From a virus: a stretch of 64,000 nt of DNA. Below the pieces are notes generated by a model. The model searched no databases. It had not been told where the DNA came from and saw nothing but the letters and a program-made list of their open reading frames with translations. Numbering within the stretch: the first letter of the stretch is position 1; each line of letters begins with the position of its first letter. This document shows, in pieces, positions 17,964-27,991 of the stretch. Where the stretch lies: the IMG/VR virus record IMGVR_UViG_3300027736_000035, positions 1 through 64,000 of that record. The stretch is one strand, 5' to 3'. Made by a program: the position numbers and the translations under genes.

Positions 17964-18909
17964 AGTTGTACAGGTTTGTACCTAGAACTCGTTCTAGGGT
18001 CGTGATAATTTGATTGTAAATTGGTTGATAATCCTGTTGGCAAGTATCAACTGCTTTTTGATAGTTGGATATAATTTGTTGAGCACTGTATGGATTTTTC
18101 ACATGTGATATCTTATCAAAGTGTGCATGTAGGTCTTCAAGAAAACTAAATTCAATTTTTTTATTGTAAAATATCTTTAATCCCAACAAAAAATCGGCGT
18201 AATTACAAATTGAGCTCAGTGTATTTTTATAGTCTGAATCTGAAAGTGTGATCTCTCTCCAGCCGGATACCCGTGCCTGATTTTCATTAAAATTGTTTCT
18301 TGTAGTCAGCATAATACCATATCTTTCTGCAACTGCCCCACTAACCACTTGATCAATGAATCTTTTGCGTAAGATACCAAGAATTTTTTTAGCATTGACC
18401 ACAGTTGAAAATTGATCTTGCATTAGCAAATCATCAATATTGTGTAGACAATTGGTTACACCAGTGATATCTCTAAGAACGTGAGTTCCAGATCGACCAG
18501 GAGTAAACACAATAGCTGGTTCAGTTTCCAAGCATTCCAAAACAACCGGTTGCTGGAATACTATTTTGTCGGCAAAAATTAATCTAAAGAAACTTGAATG
18601 CAGCCAATGTGATTTGCTATATCCATCATTCCAGACTGGTTCTAGATTTGCCAAATCGTTCTCATAAGAAGTGAGAACCTTTATGACTTTGAAATTACGA
18701 GCAGCAGCAAACAGTTCTTCAGCATCAAACACATCAGCACTTGTTAAATCTGTGCAAATATCTAGATCAACTGCTTGTTGATATTTTTGAGACAGATCAG
18801 TGGCATCAGGCCACTGATCTAATAGACACAGGCGAGAGCTGCTTTTGTAAAATGTTGATGCCCACGGTTTAACTAATTGGTTACCGTTGTGCAATAGTAA
18901 GTATGACAT
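17956..18909 (-). CDS. Hypothetical protein with sulfotransferase-like C-terminal half
   Basis: IVFTPGRSGTHVL and ILRKRFIDQVVS resemble Stf0-type 5'-PSB and 3'-PB motifs. Confidence 0.5.
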   Translation of the reverse strand: MSYLLLHNGNQLVKPWASTFYKSSSRLCLLDQWPDATDLSQKYQQAVDLDICTDLTSADVFDAEELFAAARNFKVIKVLTSYENDLANLEPVWNDGYSKSHWLHSSFFRLIFADKIVFQQPVVLECLETEPAIVFTPGRSGTHVLRDITGVTNCLHNIDDLLMQDQFSTVVNAKKILGILRKRFIDQVVSGAVAERYGIMLTTRNNFNENQARVSGWREITLSDSDYKNTLSSICNYADFLLGLKIFYNKKIEFSFLEDLHAHFDKISHVKNPYSAQQIISNYQKAVDTCQQDYQPIYNQIITTLERVLGTNLYNYD

Positions 18910-18921
18910 TGATGTATTATA

Positions 18922-19830
18922 CTACTCATCCAAGGTGCTCACAACCGGACCGGACATGGCTTGCATGCTGTGTTTGCCAGAATTCTGTCGAGTCCAGCTA
19001 GGATTGAGTCCGTTCATCTCTAAAATGTCATCACGGATGTTTTGATTTTTCTTTTCTATGTTCAGGATCCTGGTGAAGCTATTGGTGATGGCAGCAGTGT
19101 AATAGGCAAAAGGATTTTGTGATTTTGATTCATCAAACTGCAATCCAATTTGGCTCAGCTGCAACAGGGCCTGACCACGCATTTCTTCGTTGTAGGTGTA
19201 TCCGCGCCAGTTTGAGCGGGTGGCATAGCGTTCGCACAGCTTCATGAACATGGTGGCTAACTTGCGAGTCATTTCTCCGTGATCTTTTGAAAACTCCCCG
19301 GTTTCCAATGTGCCGCGCCAGTGACTGCGCCCCACAATAAATGGAACTTTTTCATTGTCTATGCGATAGTGTTCAAATGGTGGAAAGTTCAATCGCACAT
19401 GATTCAAACTCAACACTGGCACGTCTAACAGATCCGCCAAAGGATCTTCGTCTTCCACGGCGTCATCTAGATCCAAGATGTCTTCCAGACGGCGACGTTT
19501 GGCTTTGGCTTCTGCTTTGGTAATTTTCTTGGGAGCCATGGGCACATGATCCCACATGGTGATGCGAAACACAATGTCTGTGTTGGGGATTTTTTTAGGA
19601 TCTACAATCTCACCAGTTTCACGTTTGATACGATCTGCTCTGTTGCGTCGTGCTTCGGCTGTGGTTCGTTGATTGATCTTGTCAAGACTGGGCAAAATGA
19701 TATCAAATTGATGATCTAGCCCACGATCACGGTACCAACAGTAGTTGTTTTTGCTGAGATGAATTTCTTTGAGGATATCTCTGTTGTTGAGATAGTTGAC
19801 GCGGGGTGCAGACTTTGGCAATAAAGACAT
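18922..19830 (-). CDS. gp55: Late-transcription sigma factor (T4 gp55-like)
   Basis: NYLNN..IL..I, and C-terminal NWRGYTYNEEM...FDESKSQNPFAYYT...NSF.RIL.IEKK. gp55-gp47-gp46 synteny. Confidence 0.9.
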   Translation of the reverse strand: MSLLPKSAPRVNYLNNRDILKEIHLSKNNYCWYRDRGLDHQFDIILPSLDKINQRTTAEARRNRADRIKRETGEIVDPKKIPNTDIVFRITMWDHVPMAPKKITKAEAKAKRRRLEDILDLDDAVEDEDPLADLLDVPVLSLNHVRLNFPPFEHYRIDNEKVPFIVGRSHWRGTLETGEFSKDHGEMTRKLATMFMKLCERYATRSNWRGYTYNEEMRGQALLQLSQIGLQFDESKSQNPFAYYTAAITNSFTRILNIEKKNQNIRDDILEMNGLNPSWTRQNSGKHSMQAMSGPVVSTLDE

Positions 19831-19851
19831 GAATTCTCCTGATATGTATTT

Positions 19852-19879
19852 ATTGTAGCAGATTTATTCAAGTTGTCAA
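19852..19879 (-). promoter_or_regulatory. Sigma70-type promoter for the gp55 operon
   Basis: On the - strand: TTGACA-16 nt-TACAAT with an extended -10 TGn. Confidence 0.75.
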
Positions 19880-19885
19880 CCTTTA

Positions 19886-19919
19886 TATAAACTATGCCGT
19901 TTTTGCACCTGCTAAATAA
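19886..19919 (+). promoter_or_regulatory. Late promoter (TAAATAA) with conserved upstream element
   Basis: TATAAACTATGCCGTTTTT-8 nt-TAAATAA; a near-identical arrangement occurs at 27992-28025. Confidence 0.65.
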
Positions 19920-19934
19920 GATACAGGAACAACA

Positions 19935-21734
19935 ATGGCCAATTACAATCCCAACGACGCAGCAGCATTTAACAAAGCTCTTCAAAGTGGTCTCAGCACA
20001 GCTGATGCAGCCAAGCAGGCTGGTATTACTCCTGCGGCTGCTGCTCAGTATGCACTTGGCAGCAACAACAATCTTGGCAGCCAGAATCCTGGAGTCGCTG
20101 CCACTCCGGCAACTGAACAATCTACTTTTGCTACTCAGGCAATTCCGCAAACTTTTTCTGGACAACCGGCCCAAGGTGTGCAATTGGCATCAGCTGCAAC
20201 TCCACTTCGTAGAGAAGGCATCGTGGAGAGAAACGGTACCATTACTTTTATACCACAAGATGCTCCTGTTGGCACTGTGCCTGGCGCCGGAAATGGCCAA
20301 GCTACAACACCCGGTCCTGCTAGTCAAACTCCCGTTGCCCCGACGGACGGTGGTCGAGGTACCGGCCTTATTGAACGGCCAATCGAACAGGCGCCACCAT
20401 TGCCCAACAACACCGTGACACCTGTTATTGCTAATGGTCAACCCCCTGCAGCAGCACCTGCAGCAACACCTGCAGCAAATGTTCCAGTACCGGTATTCAA
20501 CACACCAGGCGCTGCACAAAACGGTCAAGGCGGTACAGTTCCTGTCGCTGCGCCTGCCCCAGCTGTGAGTGGCAACGGTCAGGCTCCGGTACCAGCAGTT
20601 ACAACTCCTTCCACTGGCAGTGCAGGGCCCGCACCTGGCACTGGATATGGCGACAATCCAGCTGACCTGGCCGTGTTCCCCACAACTGGTCCAACACCGG
20701 TGGTCACAGGGCCAGCAGCTGGTGGGTATGGAGACGGCAATGCAGCTGACCTGGCTGTGTTTCCCACAACTGGTCCAACACCGGTGGATGAAGAATCAGC
20801 GTATCCACCAAACCCTGTAGATCAGCCCAATGACCGTAGAATGAATGATGCTGACTATATTAATTCATTAGAAACAGCACGCAACAAAGACAATACCATT
20901 CAGCAGGCCACGCTAAATCAAACCTACAAACTGCCTGGCAATGGTGACTGGCGATTCCGCATCAGTCTTGCTGAAGGTGCCACTTATCTTTACAAAGCTG
21001 GCGGCAGTGCAAATGGTGCTGCAAGCGGAAGTGATACAAATATACTGGCACCACTGGCAACCACCAACGGAGTGGTATTTCCCTACACACCATCAGTGAC
21101 CACCAGCTATCAAGCCAAATACAACACCTATGATTTAGTGCATTCAAACTATCGTGGAGTTTTTTATCAAGGCAGCGGTGTGAGTGAAATCAGTGTGCGA
21201 GGAGTGTTCACTGCACAAAACACATTTGAAGCAGGCTACTTGTTGGCAGTGATACATTTTTTCCGATCAGTTACCAAGATGTTCTACGGCCAAGACGAAC
21301 AACGCGGAGCACCACCACCGCTGGTGTATCTCACAGGACTAGGCGACTATCAATTCAACGCACATCCTGCTGTGGTCACAAATTTTGAATACAGCTTGCC
21401 CAGCGATGTAGACTACATACGAGCTAATAGCTTCAATAACTTTGGTACAGATCTAGCCAATCGACGAAACGGAGCATTTACTCCTTCCAACCCATTGAGT
21501 GCTATTGCCACTAGATTGGACCTGTCAGGATTGTTCCCCAATGCTGTGGCATCTAAACCAGACTATGGCCCTATTACCAATTCAGTGACCAACACAGCCA
21601 AAGCCACATACGTTCCTACCAAAATAGATATCAGTGTGTCCTTGTTGCCGGTGCAAACAAGAGATCAGGTCAGCAAACAGTTTAGTCTTAAAAAATTTGC
21701 CACCGGCAGCCTGTTACGTGGAGGATTCTGGTAA
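19935..21734 (+). CDS. Baseplate tail-tube cap/initiator (gp48/gp54-like) with long low-complexity N-terminus
   Basis: C-terminal half FPYTPSV...ISVRGVFT...GAPPPLVYL...VVTNFEYSLP...VPTKIDISVSL is tube-fold-like. Precedes the gp53-like gene. Confidence 0.65.
   Translation: MANYNPNDAAAFNKALQSGLSTADAAKQAGITPAAAAQYALGSNNNLGSQNPGVAATPATEQSTFATQAIPQTFSGQPAQGVQLASAATPLRREGIVERNGTITFIPQDAPVGTVPGAGNGQATTPGPASQTPVAPTDGGRGTGLIERPIEQAPPLPNNTVTPVIANGQPPAAAPAATPAANVPVPVFNTPGAAQNGQGGTVPVAAPAPAVSGNGQAPVPAVTTPSTGSAGPAPGTGYGDNPADLAVFPTTGPTPVVTGPAAGGYGDGNAADLAVFPTTGPTPVDEESAYPPNPVDQPNDRRMNDADYINSLETARNKDNTIQQATLNQTYKLPGNGDWRFRISLAEGATYLYKAGGSANGAASGSDTNILAPLATTNGVVFPYTPSVTTSYQAKYNTYDLVHSNYRGVFYQGSGVSEISVRGVFTAQNTFEAGYLLAVIHFFRSVTKMFYGQDEQRGAPPPLVYLTGLGDYQFNAHPAVVTNFEYSLPSDVDYIRANSFNNFGTDLANRRNGAFTPSNPLSAIATRLDLSGLFPNAVASKPDYGPITNSVTNTAKATYVPTKIDISVSLLPVQTRDQVSKQFSLKKFATGSLLRGGFW
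20643..20787. repeat. Internal duplication encoding GYGD..ADLAVFPTTGPTPV twice
   Basis: GCTGACCTGGCYGTGTTYCCCACAACTGGTCCAACACCGGTGG at 20661 and 20745. Confidence 0.9.
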
Positions 21735-22033
21735 TGGCCACTTATGACGCAACCAGTCCCTATTACAACACGCCCTATGCCCAGTTCTATCTGGACAAAA
21801 TGGTCAACAGACCCATACCAGCAGGCAATGACGATTTGACTTTTACTATCAATCTTACCTATCAGTATCGTCCTGACCTATTGGCCTATGACTTGTACGG
21901 CAATGCTGGACTGTGGTGGGTATTTTATCAGCGCAATCCAAACACACTGACAAAACCCCCATTTGACTTCGCAGCCAACACTTTTATATATTTGCCAAAC
22001 GGTAACACATTGAAATCAGCGTTGGGGTACTAA
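21734..22033 (+). CDS. gp53: Baseplate wedge protein, LysM-like (T4 gp53-like)
   Basis: YRPDLLAYDLYGNAGLWWVF...IYLP motif. Confidence 0.8.
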   Translation: MATYDATSPYYNTPYAQFYLDKMVNRPIPAGNDDLTFTINLTYQYRPDLLAYDLYGNAGLWWVFYQRNPNTLTKPPFDFAANTFIYLPNGNTLKSALGY

Positions 22034-22036
22034 AAC

Positions 22037-24499
22037 ATGGCTGACAATCTAGCACCTGCTGACGCTGCACAAAAACAATCGTTTACTGACTCCACGTTGT
22101 CTCAAGCACTGATTGAGCCGCAACCCAATGTGCTGGATAAATTTGCCAGCTACACATATCAAGCATCGGTATATCTCATGACTACAGATCAATATCGAAA
22201 TTTGTTAAGCAGCGCCAACAAAACTATTCCTGACAGTCAATTGCTGTTTCAAAGCGGCGGCAAAACTGTTGGTAACAAATTTTTTGACAATGACTTTTAC
22301 ATAGACAATATCACACTAGAAACTGCATTGGCCGGAAAACAGACTCAAGGAGCTCACATGGTCACTGATTTAAAATTCACTGTGACTGAGCCAATGGGAA
22401 TAACCTTGTTAGATCGACTGGCCAATGCAGTGGCAGATTCAATGCCGCTGGATACTGCAGGAAAAGTAAATTTCAGTGCAGTACAATATCTGATGGCCAT
22501 ACGGTTTTTTGGATATGATCAACATGGCAATTTATCAGCGCCAGGGATACCTGCAGCAGTTGGAAGAACTGCCAACCCCAAAGCAGTGGTTATAAAATAT
22601 ATTCCTTTCTGTATAAAATTTATCAAGTGGACTGTGGGTACCAAATTGGTCAGTTATGAAATTGAAGGAGCGCCAGTGGGTCAAATCACCGCCGGCAGCA
22701 CTGCTCGTGGTACTGTGCCATTTGATATAGAACTCAGTGCAAAAAGTGTAGGAGAAATTTTGTCTGGGTCTGCTACCTATGCTGCACCCAAAGTTGATGA
22801 TAAAGATAACAGATCTGCACGACAAGGAACTGCGGCCACCGGTGCAGCGGCACCAACTAGAACTGGTGGAGCAGCCAATGGAGGCAGTCCATCAGCACCA
22901 CCAAATGCAGGAGCAGTACCTACTCCCAAAGCCAAAACAATTACATCAGGGTTGATGGATGCAATGAACAAGTTTCAACAAGAACTAGTTCAGAGAAAGG
23001 TTTACAACATTGCTGATGAATACGAACTTGTGTTTGTGGATGCGGATGAAATAAAACAAGCACAATTGCAAGGACCACAAAAAGAGGTTGATAAAAAAAC
23101 TGGATCCATGGCTCCGAGTGCTAGTGCTGATCCAAAAAGTTTAGATTCCAGCAAAATACCAGCCAACACCACTCAACGAAACAAGCCTATTCCGGCTGGT
23201 CAATCAATCACACAAGTGATTGACCTTATTATTAGAAATAGTTCTTACATAACCAAACAAGAAAGAGTAATCAACAATCCAGATGGATCCGCAGAGGATG
23301 GATCTTCAGCAGTTCAAAAACCCATGTCATGGTTTTTGATCACATATTCGGCCACCCCCATCGGCGACAAAATTGATTCCCAACGCAACGATTTTGCTTA
23401 CAAAATAAAATACACCATAACAAAATATGCAGTACCAAATTTTGATAGCAAGTATTTTCCAATTACTACTTTTCCCGGGCTGCACAAACAATACAACTAT
23501 TGGTTTACTGGGCAAAACACATCAGTATTGGATTATTCAGCAACTTATGATGCACTATACAACCTCACAGTGAATGGCAGCAAAGTTGGCGACTCAGCAT
23601 ACGAACAACGCAAGAAATTACTGACCAGCAGCACCAATGACCTGCCCAAGTACTCTTACAATCCGCGAAGCACCCAAGCTGTTGGCTATGGCGACGGCAA
23701 AAGCAACGAGGGCAGCGCCAATGCTGCTGAATATCTTTATAGTCCGGATACATTGAGCAGTTCCAGGCTGCGAATTGTTGGTGATCCTGCTTGGATACAA
23801 CAAGGCAGTTTGTTCAAACCCATTGATGTTGAAACCTACAAAGCCGAAGCCAAGCTGGGGTTTTTGCCCGACGGTACTATTTCGTTTGACAGTGCTCAAG
23901 TGCTGTACGAAATTGCCTGGCAACGTCCTGAAGATTATGATCTCAAAAGTGGGCTGGCAGATCCTTATGCCAAAACTAAACTGAAATATGGCGAACGTTT
24001 GCCATTGCAAAGCAACATTTACAATGCTATGAAAGTCACGAGTGAATTCCGCGGTGGGCAATTTGAACAAACACTAGAAGGCACATTGTATTTTTACAAC
24101 AAGCCCAAAGCAACAACTACCTCTGCTGCTGCCAATGCTGCCGATACTACCGACGGCAGCGACAGCAGATTTGCACGACAAGGAACTCCGGCATTGACAT
24201 CAGCTGCACAAGGTCAAACAGGCACAACGTTGGCACCCATCGGAGATCTTGCAAATCAAGCAGGAATCAGAGATCCACAACAGCTGAGTCAGCTGGCACA
24301 ACAAGTGCCTAACATTGTACCATCACAACCAGCAAGCAACCCAACCAGCAGCGGACAACCGGTGGGAACTGCTGCCACTGATGGACAAACAGGACCAAAC
24401 AGCTCGCCGCCGGTGGCGGCCCCTGGGAGAACAACATTGGATTCTTTACAATCAAATCCAACCAACACTCCACCTTATTTGACAACTAGAGACACATAA
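22037..24499 (+). CDS. Baseplate hub protein (gp27/gpD-like)
   Basis: 820 aa between gp53 and gp5. C-terminal LRIVGDP...YNAMKVTSEFRGGQFEQTL is typical of hub proteins. Confidence 0.6.
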   Translation: MADNLAPADAAQKQSFTDSTLSQALIEPQPNVLDKFASYTYQASVYLMTTDQYRNLLSSANKTIPDSQLLFQSGGKTVGNKFFDNDFYIDNITLETALAGKQTQGAHMVTDLKFTVTEPMGITLLDRLANAVADSMPLDTAGKVNFSAVQYLMAIRFFGYDQHGNLSAPGIPAAVGRTANPKAVVIKYIPFCIKFIKWTVGTKLVSYEIEGAPVGQITAGSTARGTVPFDIELSAKSVGEILSGSATYAAPKVDDKDNRSARQGTAATGAAAPTRTGGAANGGSPSAPPNAGAVPTPKAKTITSGLMDAMNKFQQELVQRKVYNIADEYELVFVDADEIKQAQLQGPQKEVDKKTGSMAPSASADPKSLDSSKIPANTTQRNKPIPAGQSITQVIDLIIRNSSYITKQERVINNPDGSAEDGSSAVQKPMSWFLITYSATPIGDKIDSQRNDFAYKIKYTITKYAVPNFDSKYFPITTFPGLHKQYNYWFTGQNTSVLDYSATYDALYNLTVNGSKVGDSAYEQRKKLLTSSTNDLPKYSYNPRSTQAVGYGDGKSNEGSANAAEYLYSPDTLSSSRLRIVGDPAWIQQGSLFKPIDVETYKAEAKLGFLPDGTISFDSAQVLYEIAWQRPEDYDLKSGLADPYAKTKLKYGERLPLQSNIYNAMKVTSEFRGGQFEQTLEGTLYFYNKPKATTTSAAANAADTTDGSDSRFARQGTPALTSAAQGQTGTTLAPIGDLANQAGIRDPQQLSQLAQQVPNIVPSQPASNPTSSGQPVGTAATDGQTGPNSSPPVAAPGRTTLDSLQSNPTNTPPYLTTRDT

Positions 24500-26019
24500 T
24501 GGCACAAAACAACGCACGCAGCAGGGGAAAACCACGCAATTATAAATTTGATCGCGGCGGTATGCCTGCAGAATTTGGTCCGTTTACCGGTATAGTAAAA
24601 TCCTCAGCAGACCCCACACGGTCGGGACGATTGAAAGTTTACATTGAAGCATTTAGTGATGGTGGACAATCAGGGGAAGATGATCCCAACAAGTGGACCA
24701 CGGTCAGTTACATGCAACAATTTGGTGGATCTACTCCGCCGCAGCCTGCTGGCGGCACCACCAGTGCCATTGGCAATTATCCTGGTAATGAAAACAGTTA
24801 TGGCATGTGGTTTACTCCGCCCGATGTGGGTATCACTGTGCTGTGTGTGTTTGTTGATGGTCAGCGAGATCAAGGTTACTACATTGGAACTGTTCCTGAA
24901 CAGGGCTTAGGCAGCATGTTGCCAGCCATTGGCGCCACTAGCAATTATTCTATTGACAAAACAAATGTTAATCAACAAAAATATTTTGCCAAATCACCAA
25001 TACTTCCAGTGACAGAAATCAATGTCAACAATAATGAAATTTTTAACAGTCCTACATTTTTCTCACAACGCAAACCAGTACATAGCTATGTGGCAGGAAT
25101 CATGTTTCAACAAGGACTTATTGATGACACCCAACGTGGTCCCATAAACAGTACTAGCCAACGAGAAACTCCAAGCAGTGTGTTTGGTATAAGCACCCCA
25201 GGATCTCCTATCTATCAAGGCGGCATGAAGCCCAATGACATTCGTAAAAAAATCAATGATGGAAGTATCAAACCGGGACAGGCGCAGGTGATAGGGCGTG
25301 TGGGCGGCCACACGCTGGTCATGGATGATGGAGATCTTGAAGATAAAAATGCCTTGTTCCGTCTTAGAAGCAGCAAAGGTCATCAGATTACCATGAGCGA
25401 CAGCGGCAACTTTTTTTACATCACTCATGCCAATGGACAAACGTGGCTGGAATTTGGATCTGAAGGTACTGTGGATGTGTACTCCACCAACTCTATCAAC
25501 ATGCGTACAGCAGGAGATATAAATTTCCATGCCGACAGAGACATCAACATGTTTGCTGGTAGAAATGTACAGATCAAAAGCACCAAACGCATGCAGTTGG
25601 AAAGCATGGAAACCATGATTCTAGACGCTCAAAAAGACATAACAGTGTACAGCAAAAATACCATTGGCGTAAAAGCAGATGGTGCATTGACCATCAACAG
25701 TGCATCTGGCAGCTGGGGCAGCGGCAGCGAATTAATAGTCAAAGCAACTCAGATTGAACTCAATGGACCAGCAGCCGGAAGTGTTTCTACACCCAACCCC
25801 ATAACCAAAACACTGTTTGATGAAGTGAAATTCAACACCAGCGCAGGTTGGGAAATCAAAACTGACGGATTGACCAGTATCTGTAGTCGCACAACCACTC
25901 ACGAACCGTATCCCTATCACAACAAAGGTGTAGATGTACCGGTGGCATTTGAAAGTGGCTATGCAGTACCGCCAGGCGCTCCGGATGTACCTCCGGGTGT
26001 GGCAATCACGGCAAATTGA
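24499..26019 (+). CDS. gp5: Baseplate central spike (gp5/VgrG-like)
   Basis: OB fold (DPTRSGRLKVYI...GMWFTPPDVG..VLCVFVDG), beta-helix repeats (GHTLVMDD, GHQITMSD) and C-terminal THEPYPYH. Confidence 0.85.
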   Translation: MAQNNARSRGKPRNYKFDRGGMPAEFGPFTGIVKSSADPTRSGRLKVYIEAFSDGGQSGEDDPNKWTTVSYMQQFGGSTPPQPAGGTTSAIGNYPGNENSYGMWFTPPDVGITVLCVFVDGQRDQGYYIGTVPEQGLGSMLPAIGATSNYSIDKTNVNQQKYFAKSPILPVTEINVNNNEIFNSPTFFSQRKPVHSYVAGIMFQQGLIDDTQRGPINSTSQRETPSSVFGISTPGSPIYQGGMKPNDIRKKINDGSIKPGQAQVIGRVGGHTLVMDDGDLEDKNALFRLRSSKGHQITMSDSGNFFYITHANGQTWLEFGSEGTVDVYSTNSINMRTAGDINFHADRDINMFAGRNVQIKSTKRMQLESMETMILDAQKDITVYSKNTIGVKADGALTINSASGSWGSGSELIVKATQIELNGPAAGSVSTPNPITKTLFDEVKFNTSAGWEIKTDGLTSICSRTTTHEPYPYHNKGVDVPVAFESGYAVPPGAPDVPPGVAITAN

Positions 26020-26020
26020 T

Positions 26021-27592
26021 ATGGCAGCATTTACATTTTCATTGCCAACTGGAAAGTCATTCAAAGTTGACGGTCCTCCAGGATTCAGTGCTGATCAAGC
26101 CAAAGCAATATTTGATCAACAATCCAGTGCAGGTTCACTGATTGGACTCAAACCTGGCGCCAGTTTGAGTGCAGCCACTCAGGCAGTCAGTGGACTGCCC
26201 TCTGCACAAGGCGCAGTAAATCAAGCACTAAGCGGAATAACTGGCGCATTAGGAGCAGGAGTCCCAGGCGCTACTGGCATCTTGGGAAGTGTGTCAAAGA
26301 ACCTAGCAACAGCTGGCGGAGCATTGGGCGGCAGTCTAGCCCCAGGCATATCGGGGTTGACAGGAGCAATAGGTCCAGCAGTTACCAACTCATCGGGTGT
26401 AATAGCAAATAGATTATTAAATTCAGCACTATCAGCAGGCAGTGTGGGATCGGTGGCTACCACAGTCATTGGCACTATCAATAGAACCATTGGGTCTACC
26501 GCAGTAACATCTCCAATTAACACAGCCAATTTTGTCAAGCAGATTCCTGCATTGGGTCCCATTGGCAGCATGAGCGCCAGTGATGTCAGCGGGGTGCTGG
26601 CACAGTCTAAAAACATAGTAAATCAAGGTGCCGGAGTTCTCAGCAACACAACTGGTGCAGGATCATTTGGGTTGAATGTTTCCCAACTGGAAACTGCAGG
26701 AATTCTAAAACCAGGCACCGCAGCATTGGCTGCTGCTTCAGGGGCTTCATTATCATCAGTACTCAAAAGCCCAGCAGTGTTTACCGGAGCCAATGGCATC
26801 AAAAGCATAGATTCACTGTTGTCTAATCCTGCATTGCAATCTGGGGTACAACAAGATCTCATGGCCAAAGGCACCGCAGCATTGGGTGCAGCTGGCATTC
26901 CGGTGGCAAGCCTGAGCGCACAAGGTCTAGCAGGTGTGTCGTTAAGTGCGGCCAAAAGTGTGCCTGATACCGAAGCACTACTTAAAGGATTACCATCATC
27001 AGCAGATGCCAAAGCAAAATTTAATACCCTGGTCAAAGACGGTTCTTTTGCTGTGAACCTTGCACAAAGCAAAGTGGAGCCGGTATTCAAAGCAGAAACT
27101 ACTCCAGTTGCAGCGTCAGACACAGTGGATCGCAGTACCCTAACCGGTGCTACCAATCGAGTATTGGGCAATGACAAGATTCCTGCACCTGATTTTGCTA
27201 CTGCAACACCCGATGTTGGCACTATATCACAAACAATACAATCAGGATTCACTGACTATGATTCTGCTGTTCAAAGCATAATACCAACGTGGAACACCAT
27301 CAATGAAAAATTAAAAACATTAGAGAATCAACAAGTTATATCTCAACAAGAGTGGATGTCTATTGCTGGCCAACAGCAAGCAGCAAATCAATCTTACCTG
27401 GATATTTTATCAAAATACTATGTGCCTGCATCAGCTGTTTATGATAGTGCTCCTGCTGAAATACAAAAAGAATTTAAACCACTAAAAGACAAAATATTTG
27501 AGTCTACCGGTGAATTAACAGACCTGGCATTTCCAATTATCAAACGTATCAAACAGTTGGCCAGCAAAATTTCCACCAACGTAAGTGCCTAA
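26021..27592 (+). CDS. Gly/Ala/Ser-rich virion protein downstream of the spike
   Basis: ATG at 26021, 1 nt after the gp5 stop, is preferred over the overlapping start at 25934. Function unknown. Confidence 0.6.
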   Translation: MAAFTFSLPTGKSFKVDGPPGFSADQAKAIFDQQSSAGSLIGLKPGASLSAATQAVSGLPSAQGAVNQALSGITGALGAGVPGATGILGSVSKNLATAGGALGGSLAPGISGLTGAIGPAVTNSSGVIANRLLNSALSAGSVGSVATTVIGTINRTIGSTAVTSPINTANFVKQIPALGPIGSMSASDVSGVLAQSKNIVNQGAGVLSNTTGAGSFGLNVSQLETAGILKPGTAALAAASGASLSSVLKSPAVFTGANGIKSIDSLLSNPALQSGVQQDLMAKGTAALGAAGIPVASLSAQGLAGVSLSAAKSVPDTEALLKGLPSSADAKAKFNTLVKDGSFAVNLAQSKVEPVFKAETTPVAASDTVDRSTLTGATNRVLGNDKIPAPDFATATPDVGTISQTIQSGFTDYDSAVQSIIPTWNTINEKLKTLENQQVISQQEWMSIAGQQQAANQSYLDILSKYYVPASAVYDSAPAEIQKEFKPLKDKIFESTGELTDLAFPIIKRIKQLASKISTNVSA

Positions 27593-27612
27593 TTTTTCTC
27601 GGTAAATACAGC

Positions 27613-27990
27613 ATGGCTCAAACATTCATAGGTTTCAACACTATCAATCAAGTTAAAAAATTTACCTTGACTGATTTTCCACTGATCAAACAAGATCTTC
27701 TGAATGCTTTCAATATCCGGCAAGGTGAATTGCCGGGCAGACCCGAATATGGCACCATATTGTGGAACTTCTTGTTTGAACCCCAACTTGAAGAATTGCA
27801 AAACAGCATGGTTGCAGAAATACAACGTGTGGCTGGAGGAGATCCTAGAGTTTATATTTCTGATATACAAATTTTTCCGCAAAACAACGGTATACTGATA
27901 CAGTTGGAATTGACAATTACTCCATCAACCGACGCCCAACGACTGGCAATATTTTTTGATATTACATCCAGACGAGCCAGTTATATTTAG
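27613..27990 (+). CDS. gp25: Baseplate wedge subunit (T4 gp25-like)
   Basis: IKQDLLNAFNIRQGELPGRPEYGTILWNFLFEP...DPRV motif. Confidence 0.9.
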   Translation: MAQTFIGFNTINQVKKFTLTDFPLIKQDLLNAFNIRQGELPGRPEYGTILWNFLFEPQLEELQNSMVAEIQRVAGGDPRVYISDIQIFPQNNGILIQLELTITPSTDAQRLAIFFDITSRRASYI

Positions 27991-27991
27991 G

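Noticed and set aside
19716-20418. ORFs 19716..20183 (-) and 19894..20418 (+)
   Set aside because: They overlap gp55, its promoter and the baseplate gene in other frames; no recognisable motifs.
25934-26020. Upstream start for the 552-aa ORF
   Set aside because: It overlaps the gp5 3' end; the ATG at 26021 right after the gp5 stop is more plausible. The same reasoning applies to the starts at 50358, 53419 and 55702.
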